The notes beneath the pieces were generated by a model, which did not search any database, was not told where the DNA came from, and saw only the letters and a program-made list of their open reading frames with translations. From contig JAKISS010000009.1 in assembly GCA_021648485.1 (NCBI GenBank), positions 2,061 through 66,060 of the forward strand: a stretch of 64,000 nucleotides of DNA, given 5' to 3'. Below, piece by piece: positions 39,593-49,128 of the stretch. The first letter of the stretch is position 1. Each line of letters starts with the position of its first letter. Position numbers and translations under genes: made by a program. This stretch comes from Gammaproteobacteria bacterium (GTDB lineage Bacteria; Pseudomonadota; Gammaproteobacteria; SZUA-152).

Positions 39593-41512
39593 TCAGGCCG
39601 TGTTCTCCGCCAATTCCAGCGTTTCGGCGGCTTCCAGCCAGTCGTTTTCGGTTTGTTGCAGCTGCTGTTTCAATGTTGCCTGTTGTGCCAGCAGTTTTTT
39701 CAAGCTGTCTTTGTTGTCCGCTTCATAAAGTGTGCTATCTGTCAGTTTTTGTTCAACGTCCTGTAGTTGTTGCTGCAATTCACTCAATAATTTCTCACTT
39801 TTTCGTACCTGGTCGAGATAAGGTTTGAGCTGCTGGCGACGGGCGGCTTCCTGCTGGCGAAGCTGGCGCTTGTCGATGCCGGAGGTTTTGCTCGGTGTAC
39901 TGACCTTCGCCTGGGTATTTCCGCGCCGATGCTCATTCAGCCATTGTGCATAGTCATCCAGGTCGCCATCGTAGACTTGGGCACTGCCATTGGCTACCAG
40001 CACAAACTGGTCGCACACTGTGCGCAGCAAATGACGGTCATGAGAAACCACAAGTAGCGCGCCTTCAAAACCCTGCAATGCCAGCGTCAGAGCATGACGC
40101 ATTTCCAGATCAAGATGGTTAGTGGGTTCGTCGAGCAGCAACAGATTCGGGCGCTGATAAATCAACAGAGCCAGTACCAGTCGTGCTTTTTCACCGCCGG
40201 AAAATGGGCCTACCGGATCGAGCGCCTGATCACCAACAAAACCAAAACCACCGAGGTAATTGCGCAGTTGTTGCTCAGAAGCCTGCTTGTCCAAACGATG
40301 CAAATGCATGAGAGGTGTGTCATCGGTCTGTAATTGTTCAAGCTGGTGCTGCGCAAAATAACCAATGCGCAGATTTTGCGCTGGCGCATGTATGCCGGTG
40401 AGCAGTGGCAATTCACCGGTTAGTGCTTTGATCAGTGTGGATTTTCCCGCACCATTGGGGCCCAGCAGGCCGATACGGTCACCGGGCAACAGGTTGATAC
40501 TGATATCGTTCAACAGGGTTTTATTGTCGTATCCCATCCTGGCATCCGCCAGTTTCAACAGGGGATTAGGAATGTGTTTGGGTGATAAAAAGGTAAATTC
40601 AAAAGGCGAATCTACGTGCGCAGGAGCAATTTCTTCCAGTTTAGCCAGTGCTTTCAGGCGGCTTTGTGCCTGCTTGGCTTTGGTGGCTTTGGCGCGAAAG
40701 CGGTCGATGTAGCTGTGCAAATGCGAAATGGTGCGCTGTTGCTTCTGATGAGCGGCCTGTTGTTGTTCGAGGCGGCTGGCATGTTGTTTTTCGTAGGCAC
40801 TGTAATTGCCAGTATAGGCATGCAGGGTTTCTTCACTGAGCAGGGCAATGTGACCAACACAGTTGTCAAGGAAATCGCGGTCATGTGAAATCAGCAATAC
40901 CGTGCCGGGATAATTCTGTAACCAGCTTTGCAGCCACAGCACGGCATCGAGATCGAGGTGGTTGGTGGGTTCGTCGAGCAGCAAGATATCAGAGCGGCAC
41001 ATCAGTGCCTGGGCCAGATTAAGCCGCATGCGCCAGCCACCGGAAAAATCAGATACCGGCGTTTGCAGCTGGGCTTCACTAAAACCCAGGCCATCCATGA
41101 GTCGTGCGGCACGCGCGGGGGCAGTGTAGCCGTCGATGGCTTCCAGCTCACCAAACAGCGATGCCTGTAACTCCCCACGGGCTTCATCATCTGCACAGGC
41201 AGCGAGTTGTTGCTCCAGTGTACGCAATTCACTGTCACCATCCATCACATAATCGATGGCACTGCGATCTACTGCGGGCGTTTCCTGTGCAACGTGGGCC
41301 ATGGCCAGATTGGCCGCCAGTTTTACTTCGCCTTTATCGGCATGCAGGCCAGTGGCATCCCGGATACCGAGTACCAACGCCAGCAAGCTGGATTTACCAC
41401 TGCCATTACGACCCACAATGCCCCAGTGTTCACCCGTTTGAATAGTAAGGTCAACATCCTGCAATAATACACGGGTGCCGCGACGCAGGGTGACAGACTG
41501 GAAACGTAACAT
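39593..41512 (-). CDS. ABC-F family ATPase (YheS/Uup-like) with two ABC cassettes and a C-terminal coiled coil
   Basis: Two Walker A motifs (GRNGSGKSS, GPNGAGKST), two signature motifs (FSGGWRMR, FSGGEKAR), no transmembrane domain, and a Q/E/K-rich C-terminal tail. Confidence 0.9.
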   Translation of the reverse strand: MLRFQSVTLRRGTRVLLQDVDLTIQTGEHWGIVGRNGSGKSSLLALVLGIRDATGLHADKGEVKLAANLAMAHVAQETPAVDRSAIDYVMDGDSELRTLEQQLAACADDEARGELQASLFGELEAIDGYTAPARAARLMDGLGFSEAQLQTPVSDFSGGWRMRLNLAQALMCRSDILLLDEPTNHLDLDAVLWLQSWLQNYPGTVLLISHDRDFLDNCVGHIALLSEETLHAYTGNYSAYEKQHASRLEQQQAAHQKQQRTISHLHSYIDRFRAKATKAKQAQSRLKALAKLEEIAPAHVDSPFEFTFLSPKHIPNPLLKLADARMGYDNKTLLNDISINLLPGDRIGLLGPNGAGKSTLIKALTGELPLLTGIHAPAQNLRIGYFAQHQLEQLQTDDTPLMHLHRLDKQASEQQLRNYLGGFGFVGDQALDPVGPFSGGEKARLVLALLIYQRPNLLLLDEPTNHLDLEMRHALTLALQGFEGALLVVSHDRHLLRTVCDQFVLVANGSAQVYDGDLDDYAQWLNEHRRGNTQAKVSTPSKTSGIDKRQLRQQEAARRQQLKPYLDQVRKSEKLLSELQQQLQDVEQKLTDSTLYEADNKDSLKKLLAQQATLKQQLQQTENDWLEAAETLELAENTA

Positions 41513-41665
41513 GGGAAGGGTATTTTATAAGTTGTGAATCGATTATTTGCTGAAAGGTGGATTATATACCCATAGCGATTGCGGTTTCAGTTTTATTGCA
41601 CGCCTTCTTATTCCATGGCTACTCACTGCGCCACATCCTAACCACATGAATCGAGATTTTCTCCC

Positions 41666-42878
41666 TTAAGAATAGAAATTAAATAACTTTGATATCTAAT
41701 CTTGAAAAACACAGTTGAGAAATGGTAAAAGATGGCAAGCTAATAAAAAATGGTTTTTTAAATGATACGCCCCTATGATGATAAAGTAGAAGACCAAATG
41801 ATCATGTTTTATGACTCTCTTTCGGAAAAAGACAAACGAAGATATGCTGCCATCGAAGTATTAAAGCTGCCATACGGCGGAAGAAGCTATATACACACTA
41901 TTCTCAATTGCAGCTATCCAGCAATTGATTCCGGAATTAGTGAACACAAGTGTGATGAACTTTCTGATTCTGAAGTGGCAAGAACGTCAGGTGGCGGACG
42001 TAAATCGTCAATTGAAAGCATTGTCGGTATAGACATTAGTAAGCCCATAGTGAAAAAACTGTTTAAACGACATGGCTATGTAAAACGAAAAGCACTTAAA
42101 AGTATTAAACTTGGGTCGACAGAAAATAGAAATAAACAGTTTTAAAACATTGCGAAAAAAAGCAGATCTATGAGAAGGTGGGAAATCCGGTTATTAGTGT
42201 TGATGCTAAAAAAAGAGTTAATTGGCAATTTACACCGTGATGGTCAATTACATACACAATAACTCATTGAGGGTTACGATCACGATTTTCCTTATCTAGC
42301 TGATGGTGTGGCCATACCTCATGGTATTTATGATATCCAATTGAATGCAGCCTATATTAATATTGGAATGAGTCATGACACTTGTGAATTTTCATGCGAC
42401 TCGATTAGGCGATGGTGGAATGTCAGGGGGCGCTATGATTATCCGGCCGCATCCTCGATATTAGTTCTTGTTGACTGCGGTGGGAGCAATGGATATCGGC
42501 ATTATGTTTTCAAAAGAGCGATTCAACAATTATCAGATGCCATTAGTGTAGAGATATGTATTGCTTATTATCCGTCAAATGCATCGAAATGGAATTCGAT
42601 TGAATATCGATTGTTTCCACATATTACACGCAAATTGAAAGGTGTTATTTTAAAAAGCGTAGAAATTGTAAAGCAACTTATTGAAGCAACGACAACTAAA
42701 TCAGGGTTGACAGTTAAATGTAATATTATTCGAAAAATATACAAAACTGGCAAGAAGATGAGTAAAGAGGAAAAGGAAAATCTTACAACTATTCATGATG
42801 ATTATTTAGGTCACTGGAATTACAAAGAAGTACCGAGCAATTCATAAGATGTAAAAGTTATTTAATCCTCATTCCTAA
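41666..42878 (+). mobile_element. Degraded ISAzo13-family insertion sequence
   Basis: Terminal inverted repeats ttaagaatagaaattaaataactttgatatc (41666-) and the reverse complement of gatgtaaaagttatttaatcctcattcctaa (-42878). The ORF fragments 41762-42145 and 42308-42847 and the out-of-frame stretch between them read RRYAAIEVLKLPYGG, PVISVDAKKK, AIPHGIYD, LVDCGGSNGYR and SKWNSIEYRLF. That matches an ISAzo13-type DDE transposase with frameshifts, stops and an internal deletion. Confidence 0.8.
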
Positions 42879-42879
42879 C

Positions 42880-43249
42880 CCACGGCCCGGTGCATGCCGA
42901 ACTGTGACTGAATACCCACTTGCACAACGGCCAACCGCAAGCATGGATACTCGAAGTCGCCGCCCGCACTATCGGTGGCCAATGCGCACAATTGTTAAAG
43001 CAGGGCAGTGGCTACGGATTGGAAGAGCTGGTTATCGCACAAACCATAGGCAAACCTTTGCCTATACAAAATGCCGGCAGCGCCGCTGGCGTATTAATGA
43101 TCCCCATCCTCAAAGCAGGCATCCTGCGCCGCGTCGAAGGCCTGCCCGCTGCCCGAAAAATCTCGTACATTATTGACGTTGAAATTTATATGCGCGAAGC
43201 GCATGCTCGGCTGAATTTTGTGACGACACCGGTTTGGAAGGTGAGCTAG
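42880..43249 (+). pseudogene. 3' fragment of an ATP-grasp enzyme gene, abutting the IS end
   Basis: The reading frame starts directly at the IS right end: HGPVHAEL*LNTHLHNGQPQAWILEVAARTIGGQCAQLL...AAGVLMIPI...GILRRVEG. It has an in-frame TGA. No matching 5' half appears upstream of the IS. Confidence 0.6.
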
Positions 43250-43347
43250 CTGTCTCCATACGGCATTGTTGTTTTGCTCCTTCATCCCCTTGAGTGCGTA
43301 GCCGTCACGTCAGGCTGAGTCCTCAAGGGAAGATGGTGGAGTGAGTG

Positions 43348-43422
43348 TTTATAGATTTTTTTGTTCCGCTCTATTCAGCACAGAGTAAAACCGTAGGGTG
43401 GAACAAGCGCAGCGGTTCCACC
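43348..43422. repeat. Dispersed intergenic repeat, copy 2: A-box directly joined to the hairpin
   Basis: tttatagatttttttgttccgctctattcagcacagagtaaaaccgtag (43348-43396) is followed by GGTGGAACaagcgcagcgGTTCCACC (43397-43422). The hairpin loop is the reverse complement of the copy-1 loop. Confidence 0.75.
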
Positions 43423-43659
43423 ATGACTTTGTATACACCCTGCCACCCGATTGCCTGAAGCGGGAAAAACAGCTCTCGTGCAACAGCTGCGTTTTAAGAG
43501 CGCCAACGGCGCTATCGCTTCGAGACAAAAGCATAAAAAATTAGAGGTGTTGTACGTTTATGCGCAAGCAGTCCCCTCTTATTTTTGGATGCTTCAAAGC
43601 GGCACTTGTTTTTTCAATAGACTATGCTTCGGTTGTTCAAGCGAAACCGGGGGTGAGTT

Positions 43660-44229
43660 ATGGTGGGTAAAAAGAATATCGTGTTCGGGTTTTTGTTTTT
43701 GGCAAGCACGGCGGCGCTGGGGCCGTTGATGGTGGTGAAATATGATGACTGGGGCGTGGCTAATACCGAAAAACAGCAGATGGTAGGTAAATTACAGGAG
43801 CTCAGGGCCAGTGATTATGAGGAGGATCTGGAAACCCTGGAAGATTTGAGTGCGAAACAACTGGCTATTGCCAATGCCGAGGCAATTATCAGTATGAATA
43901 AGGTGGGTGCCAATGAATTTGGTATTGATTTCATTAAGGGTGGTCCTCATGCCCATGGAAATCTTGAGGCTTTATTGAACATTGTGGTGGGTGTTGTATT
44001 ATGTTTTATTGTTGCACCGCTGATGTTGAAGCAGGTGGTGAGCTGGATGTTTATTATCGGTACGTTAATGCATTCCGGTCTGTTGTATTTGGAACGGGTG
44101 TTTATGCAAGAGTGGGCGAGTATTTGGCTGAATACTGCTATTGGTCCGGCGCTGATTCTCTTGGGGCTGGTGTTGATGGGCGGGATGGCATTCAAAGGCT
44201 TCAGGGGTGAATGGGTGACGGATGGATGA
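43660..44229 (+). CDS. Hypothetical integral membrane protein (about 4 transmembrane segments)
   Basis: 189-aa ORF with an N-terminal transmembrane segment, an acidic soluble segment, and three C-terminal hydrophobic helices. I recognise no family. Confidence 0.5.
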   Translation: MVGKKNIVFGFLFLASTAALGPLMVVKYDDWGVANTEKQQMVGKLQELRASDYEEDLETLEDLSAKQLAIANAEAIISMNKVGANEFGIDFIKGGPHAHGNLEALLNIVVGVVLCFIVAPLMLKQVVSWMFIIGTLMHSGLLYLERVFMQEWASIWLNTAIGPALILLGLVLMGGMAFKGFRGEWVTDG

Positions 44230-44266
44230 TGTGCTGATTTTGATTTAAGCAGCAGGGACTATTGTT

Positions 44267-45217
44267 ATGAGAGATCTTTATCCTAAAATCAAGCCTTACG
44301 CCACGCATATGCTGGCAGTGGACAAGCCCCATCAGTTGTATGTGGAAGAGAGCGGTGAGCCGGATGGTATTCCCGTATTGTTTGTCCATGGAGGGCCGGG
44401 GGCGGGTTGTTCGCCGTATCACCGCTGTTTTTTTAATCCCGAAAAATATCGCATTATTCTTTTTGACCAACGTGGCAGCGGCCATTCCAGACCTCATGCC
44501 ACGCTGGAAAATAATACGACTCAACATTTGGTTGCGGACATTGAGGCTATTCGTGAACATTTGGGCATTAAAAAATGGTTATTATTCGGCGGTTCCTGGG
44601 GCTCTACTTTAAGTTTGGTATATGCCGAGACCCATTCCGACCGGGTATTGGGGCTGATTCTGCGAGGCATCTTTTTGTGTCGGCCGCATGAAATAAAATG
44701 GTTTTATCAGGAGGGTGCCAGCCATATTTTTCCTGATTACTGGGAGGGATATCTCAAGCCCATTCCTGAAAATGAACGTGATGATATGGTGGCCGCCTAT
44801 TATCAGCGGCTCACCAGTAGCAACGAATTGCAACGCATGTCTGCCGCTAAAGCCTGGTCAAAGTGGGAAGGGCGTACTTCAACGTTGCATCCCAGCAAGA
44901 CAGTGGTGGATCATTTCAGTGAGCCACATAACGCGCTGAGTTTGGCGCGCATTGAATGCCATTATTTTACACATGACAGTTTTCTTGAGCCCGATCAGAT
45001 ATTGCGAAATGCTGACTATCTGACGGATATCCCCGGGGTTATTGTGCAGGGTCGTTATGATGTGGTTTGTCCCATGCAAAGTGCTTGGGATTTGTATCAT
45101 GCCTGGCCCAATGCCGTGATGCAGATCATCCCGGATGCCGGGCATTCGGCACTGGAGATTGGCATCATTGATGCGCTGGTACGTGCTACAGATGACTTTG
45201 CGCGGCGCCTGTCATGA
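44267..45217 (+). CDS. pip: Prolyl aminopeptidase (proline iminopeptidase)
   Basis: 316 aa with VLFVHGGPGAG, the nucleophile elbow LFGGSWGSTL, and a C-terminal DAGHSA motif. Confidence 0.9.
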   Translation: MRDLYPKIKPYATHMLAVDKPHQLYVEESGEPDGIPVLFVHGGPGAGCSPYHRCFFNPEKYRIILFDQRGSGHSRPHATLENNTTQHLVADIEAIREHLGIKKWLLFGGSWGSTLSLVYAETHSDRVLGLILRGIFLCRPHEIKWFYQEGASHIFPDYWEGYLKPIPENERDDMVAAYYQRLTSSNELQRMSAAKAWSKWEGRTSTLHPSKTVVDHFSEPHNALSLARIECHYFTHDSFLEPDQILRNADYLTDIPGVIVQGRYDVVCPMQSAWDLYHAWPNAVMQIIPDAGHSALEIGIIDALVRATDDFARRLS

Positions 45218-45239
45218 TCCCGGTGGCGGGTGACAACAA

Positions 45240-45686
45240 ATGATCGGTTTGTTGCAACGGGTGAGTGAAGCCAGGGTGGTGGTTGATCACGAAATGGTGG
45301 GGGCTATCGAGCAGGGGTTGATGGTGTTGATCGGTGTGGAGCGCGGTGACACCAAGGCGCAGGCTGATCGTTTGCTGGAACGCTTGCTGGGCTATCGTGT
45401 ATTCGCCGATGCGGATGACAAAATGAATCTCAGCCTAAAAGATGTGCAGGGTGGTTTGCTGCTGGTTCCCCAGTTCACGTTAGCGGCGGATACGCGAAAA
45501 GGTGCGCGCCCCAGCTTTAGTTGTGCCGCCAGTCCGGAACATGGGCAGCGGCTGTTTGATTATTTTCTTGCGCAGGCGCAGCAGCAATATGCAAACGTTG
45601 CCAGCGGTCGTTTTGGTGCTGACATGCAAGTGTCCCTCAGTAACGATGGTCCGGTCACCTTTTGGTTGCAAGTAAATCCGGAATAA
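45240..45686 (+). CDS. dtd: D-aminoacyl-tRNA deacylase
   Basis: [15 protein letters not shown]...GLMVLIGVE...[20 protein letters not shown]...[12 protein letters not shown] is the canonical Dtd pattern. Confidence 0.9.
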   Translation: MIGLLQRVSEARVVVDHEMVGAIEQGLMVLIGVERGDTKAQADRLLERLLGYRVFADADDKMNLSLKDVQGGLLLVPQFTLAADTRKGARPSFSCAASPEHGQRLFDYFLAQAQQQYANVASGRFGADMQVSLSNDGPVTFWLQVNPE

Positions 45687-45917
45687 CGTTTAAACGTGGA
45701 TTAAGTGTTAACACCCCCTAGTGCTAGGCATCATGCCTGCGTGAGAATCTTGAATATTGGTTTTTTCAGGTTTATTGCGCATGTTTTCTGCCCCATTTAA
45801 TCAAAAACACGTTTGAAGCAGCAAACAACGGTGAATAGTTCTTTTCTTTGTTATTTTCGGCCATGGGCCATAAACAAGGATGGGAAAGCCGATAGGCTTC
45901 TGACGGGTAAAAGGAAA

Positions 45918-45994
45918 TGGCGCGCCTGACAGGAATCGAACCTGTGACCCCCGCCTTCGGAGGGCGGTACTCTATCCAGCTGAGCTACAGGCGC
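45918..45994 (-). tRNA. tRNA-Arg (anticodon CCG)
   Basis: The reverse complement GCGCCTGTAGCTCAGCTGGATAGAGTACCGCCCTCCGAAGGCGGGGGTCACAGGTTCGATTCCTGTCAGGCGCGCCA folds as a cloverleaf with anticodon loop CTCCGAA. It closely resembles E. coli argX. Confidence 0.95.
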
Positions 45995-46379
45995 GGAAGA
46001 TGCAGTTTAACAGATTTTAACAAGTTAGCCTTAGTATCGATTTTTGTTATGATTGCCATTCGCAGGAGAGGCCAGATGTCGGAACTTTGTCGGGCACCTC
46101 TTACTATTCTGGAAACCCCAGACAGCGGGTGTCAAGTTGCCGTTCCGAATTTATCCCTTGAGTCAGAGATGAAATCACTGAGCGAAGGGTTACCCTAAAC
46201 TCCGCCGCTGATCATTTGGAAAAGCTCACTAACATGTTAATAAATACCATGTTTTATAGGGTTGCAAAAGTTGCCTGCCAGGTGGGTCAGCACGGTCTGT
46301 TTAACGCGCTATTTTTTGCATCTGGCTGCGTTGCACACTGCCGCGACAAGCCAGTGATTGCCCGATAACCGTTCAAACA

Positions 46380-46922
46380 TTGATATTCCAGGCTCTCAAG
46401 CTGTCTTTGGTCGGGTTTGCCATGTTGGGCTTACTGCCACTGGTGGCCCATGCTGCTTTTGTTGTGGACTTGCCTGCTACGCGGATACAGAGTGTCTTGC
46501 AAAACTATTTCCCTATCAGTGAATACGCGGCATTTGCCCGAGTCTCTATGGATATACCACAAGTGCATCTGTCCAAGACGAGCAAGGATATTGTGCTGAT
46601 TATTCCTGTTGCCGCGAAAGTGATGGGGGGCGGTGGCTACAAGGGACAGGTAACAGTGCTGCTGGGTTTGCGTTATAAACCGGCATTGGGTAGTTTGTTT
46701 TTTGGTCAGCCACGTATCAAACAATTTGAAATGCCGGGCGTGAATGAAAAAATCGCAGCAGATTTGCAGGACATTGTGGATATCATGGGTAAAAATGCAT
46801 TGCCGCTGGTGCGAATTTTTACCGTGAAAGAGCGGGATTTAAACCACTCTCTGACAAAAAGTCGGTTGAAGTCTTTCACGATTGAGGATGACCGCTTGCA
46901 TCTGGAATTTGGATTTAACTGA
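46380..46922 (+). CDS. DUF1439-like secreted or lipoprotein-like protein
   Basis: 180-aa ORF with a signal peptide (LLPLVAHA). The overall pattern resembles DUF1439/YceB-like proteins. It starts at a TTG, and an ATG lies 14 codons downstream. Confidence 0.5.
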   Translation: MIFQALKLSLVGFAMLGLLPLVAHAAFVVDLPATRIQSVLQNYFPISEYAAFARVSMDIPQVHLSKTSKDIVLIIPVAAKVMGGGGYKGQVTVLLGLRYKPALGSLFFGQPRIKQFEMPGVNEKIAADLQDIVDIMGKNALPLVRIFTVKERDLNHSLTKSRLKSFTIEDDRLHLEFGFN

Positions 46923-46980
46923 GTCGGTCGGATTGTCTGCCGCAACACGGGCCTCAAAAGGTCTCAGGGCGATATTTTAT

Positions 46981-47472
46981 ATGTGTGGGATCACTCTTTG
47001 TTACTACGCCGACGGGTAGCAAGCCAATGAGGTATTCATCCGGTGTATGGTTAAACCTAAATTAATCAGTTAAACCTACTGCGAACGCCTAAGGCACAGA
47101 ATCTAAAGTGTTTTTCAGAACATGTTGAACTCACCGTATGGGTGATACGCTTTCGTCCAAAATAACCTGAAAAACGCTTTATCTTCCGCACCTTAGTCGC
47201 TCTCGCTACGGTTTAACTGATTAATTTAGGTTAAATCACTTGCTCATCGTGGCCCTGATGCATTGACGCATTTTGTTCGCGGCCCGGTTTCGCTGGGCCA
47301 CACCCGCCTGAGTGTTGTGGATATCGCCGGAGGTGATCAGCCTATGCTAAGCGATGATGGACGTTTCGCCCTGATTTTTAACGGTGAAACCTACAATTAT
47401 CAGCAACTGCGTGCCAACCTGGAAAAAGACGGTGTATCGTTCAAAACCCGCTCTGATACTGAGGTGGTGTTG
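46981..47472 (+). pseudogene. asnB: Asparagine synthase (glutamine-hydrolysing) remnant: in-frame stop, MITE insertion, 3' truncation
   Basis: It starts MCGITLCYYADG, then a TAG, then QANEVFIRCMV, then the MITE. It resumes in frame with KSLAHRGPDALTHFVRGPVSLGHTRLSVVDIAGGDQPMLSDDGRFALIFNGETYNYQQLRANLEKDGVSFKTRSDTEVVL, a class-II glutamine amidotransferase domain. Homology ends there. Confidence 0.85.
47055..47231. mobile_element. 177-bp MITE-like element with perfect 22-bp terminal inverted repeats
   Basis: TIR acctaaattaatcagttaaacc at 47055-47076 and its exact reverse complement at 47210-47231. TAA flanks both ends (47052-47054 and 47232-47234). Removing the element plus one TAA restores the asnB reading frame. 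Confidence 0.8.
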
Positions 47473-48448
47473 CGCCAGCACCTGCTGAATCAACAAACGG
47501 GTCAGCAAAAATATCCTGCATCGATGCACCTGCTAAAAAGCTCTTTTTTTGCACTGTTTTGACCATGTCTTCGCGGCCACACAAAAATACCCGCCAACCC
47601 GATAGCTGGGCAAAATCCGCCAATGCCATATCCGCTGCGCGCCCGGGTTGCATACCTTGTGACGGCGTACCTTGCGACACGCAAGGATGATAGTGGAAAA
47701 CCGCATTAGCCTCGTCCATCGCCAGTAATTCAGCGACCAGATACAAACCCTCAGGGGTACTGCTGCCGTGGTACAAATGGATCGGTCCACTGTGCCTCTG
47801 TTGCAGGGCATCACGCACAATCCCTACCAATGGTGCCAGTCCCGTGCCTGTGCCAATCAATAACAACGACTGGGCTTCCCGACCGGGCAGATAACTGCAC
47901 TGCCCTGCCGCTTGACTGATAGTGACGGTGTCACCTGTCTGTAATTTTTCTGCCACCCAGCTACTCACCAGGCCATCCGGCACATGGCGGATGTGCAGTT
48001 CAAGGAAATCATCCAGCTCCGGCACACTGGCCAGCGAATAACTGCGAGTCACCCCGGTGTCATTGGTGAGATTAAGAAACTGGCCGGGAAGGTAATCATA
48101 ATTTTCTGGCCGCGCCAGCCGTAGCTGTATGACATCGGCACTGAGCTTGTCTCGTGATAACACTGTGGTATCGAAACTGCTGCCAGCCCGGTCAGGTGTT
48201 GCCACCTGCATGTCAGTTACAGGCACACAGGAACAGATCAGGAAATGATTCTGGGCCTTGAGGGTTTCTTTGATGCCAACCTGGGAGGTGGGTGTTGGTT
48301 CCCCCTCCACGGCTACCATCATGCAAGACTGGCAAACACCCGCCTTGCAGGAATAATTAACGGAAACACCCTGCCGGATCAGACAATCAAGCACCGATTC
48401 GTCTGGCTCGCATTGATACTCTTGACCTTCAAACAGTACCTTTGACAT
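47441..48448 (-). CDS. 2Fe-2S ferredoxin / FNR-family NAD(P)H oxidoreductase fusion
   Basis: N-terminal plant-type ferredoxin motif (YSCKAGVCQSCMM...LICSC), the FAD-binding motif RSYSLAS, and the NAD-binding motif LLLIGTGTGLAP. The start is set at the ATG at 48446-48448 (MSKVLFEG). Confidence 0.85.
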   Translation of the reverse strand: MSKVLFEGQEYQCEPDESVLDCLIRQGVSVNYSCKAGVCQSCMMVAVEGEPTPTSQVGIKETLKAQNHFLICSCVPVTDMQVATPDRAGSSFDTTVLSRDKLSADVIQLRLARPENYDYLPGQFLNLTNDTGVTRSYSLASVPELDDFLELHIRHVPDGLVSSWVAEKLQTGDTVTISQAAGQCSYLPGREAQSLLLIGTGTGLAPLVGIVRDALQQRHSGPIHLYHGSSTPEGLYLVAELLAMDEANAVFHYHPCVSQGTPSQGMQPGRAADMALADFAQLSGWRVFLCGREDMVKTVQKKSFLAGASMQDIFADPFVDSAGAGATPPQYQSGF

Positions 48449-48491
48449 GATGTTTCCGTTGGGTAGTGCTATGTCAATATTCGCAATATGC

Positions 48492-48860
48492 TTATTTACC
48501 CAGCACATCATTGCGCGTGGTTTCGGCAATCGCAGCCACTTCACCAATGAGATCGTCAGCCACACCCAATTCTTTCAGTGTTGCCCCTAAATTTTCCACT
48601 ACGGCGTCAAAATGGCTGTCATTCAGGCCACGCTCCACCAGGTGGGCATGACCTTTGCGCATATCTTCACCGGTATAATTGTTGGGGCCACCGAAAGCCA
48701 TGGTCAAAAATGCCTTTTGCTTGGCAGCTTGTTTGTCCATGTCTACGCCGTCAAAAAAGCGGCTAATTCGGTCATCTGCCAGCACTTTGCGATAAAAAAT
48801 ATCCACGGCGGCATTGACTGCGGCTTCACCACCAAGACGGTCAAATAATGCATCACTCAT
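48492..48860 (-). CDS. glbN: Group 1 truncated haemoglobin (trHbN)
   Basis: 122 aa, with LFDRLGGEAAVNAAVDIFYRKVLADDRISRFF...QKAFLTMAFGGPNNYTG.DMRKGHAHL, a 2-on-2 globin with proximal His context. Confidence 0.85.
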   Translation of the reverse strand: MSDALFDRLGGEAAVNAAVDIFYRKVLADDRISRFFDGVDMDKQAAKQKAFLTMAFGGPNNYTGEDMRKGHAHLVERGLNDSHFDAVVENLGATLKELGVADDLIGEVAAIAETTRNDVLGK

Positions 48861-49034
48861 TGGTTTTTCTCCTGTTTAATGTGTTTTCAATTTTAATTAA
48901 GTCTGTATCAGACCCGTACTAAACAAATAACGAGACCAGAACATAGCGGCCAAAAAAAATAAAACCGCACCCGGTACATTTTTATCCCCAGGCAAAGCGC
49001 TGTGACAGTGCCAAAAATGACATGCATAAGACAA

Positions 49035-49057
49035 ATAATGTATCGTCAATACATGTT
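49035..49057. promoter_or_regulatory. Candidate NsrR operator in the glbN-nsrR divergent intergenic region
   Basis: ataATGTATcgtcaATACATgtt matches the core and spacing of the proteobacterial NsrR consensus as I recall it, AAGATGYATTTnAAATRCATCTT (ATGYAT-N5-ATRCAT). An ATGCAT half-site-like motif lies at 49022-49027. Confidence 0.5.
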
Positions 49058-49128
49058 AATTGTCCTGTGGCCATTGTCAACCCCTTTCCTCCTGTTCTAT
49101 TATCATCACAAGCCTTGGGAGAAGGAGC

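Noticed and set aside
45917-46198. A 93-aa plus-strand ORF starts on the tRNA-Arg gene.
   Set aside because: It begins antisense to the tRNA itself and continues through non-coding-looking sequence, so it is spurious.
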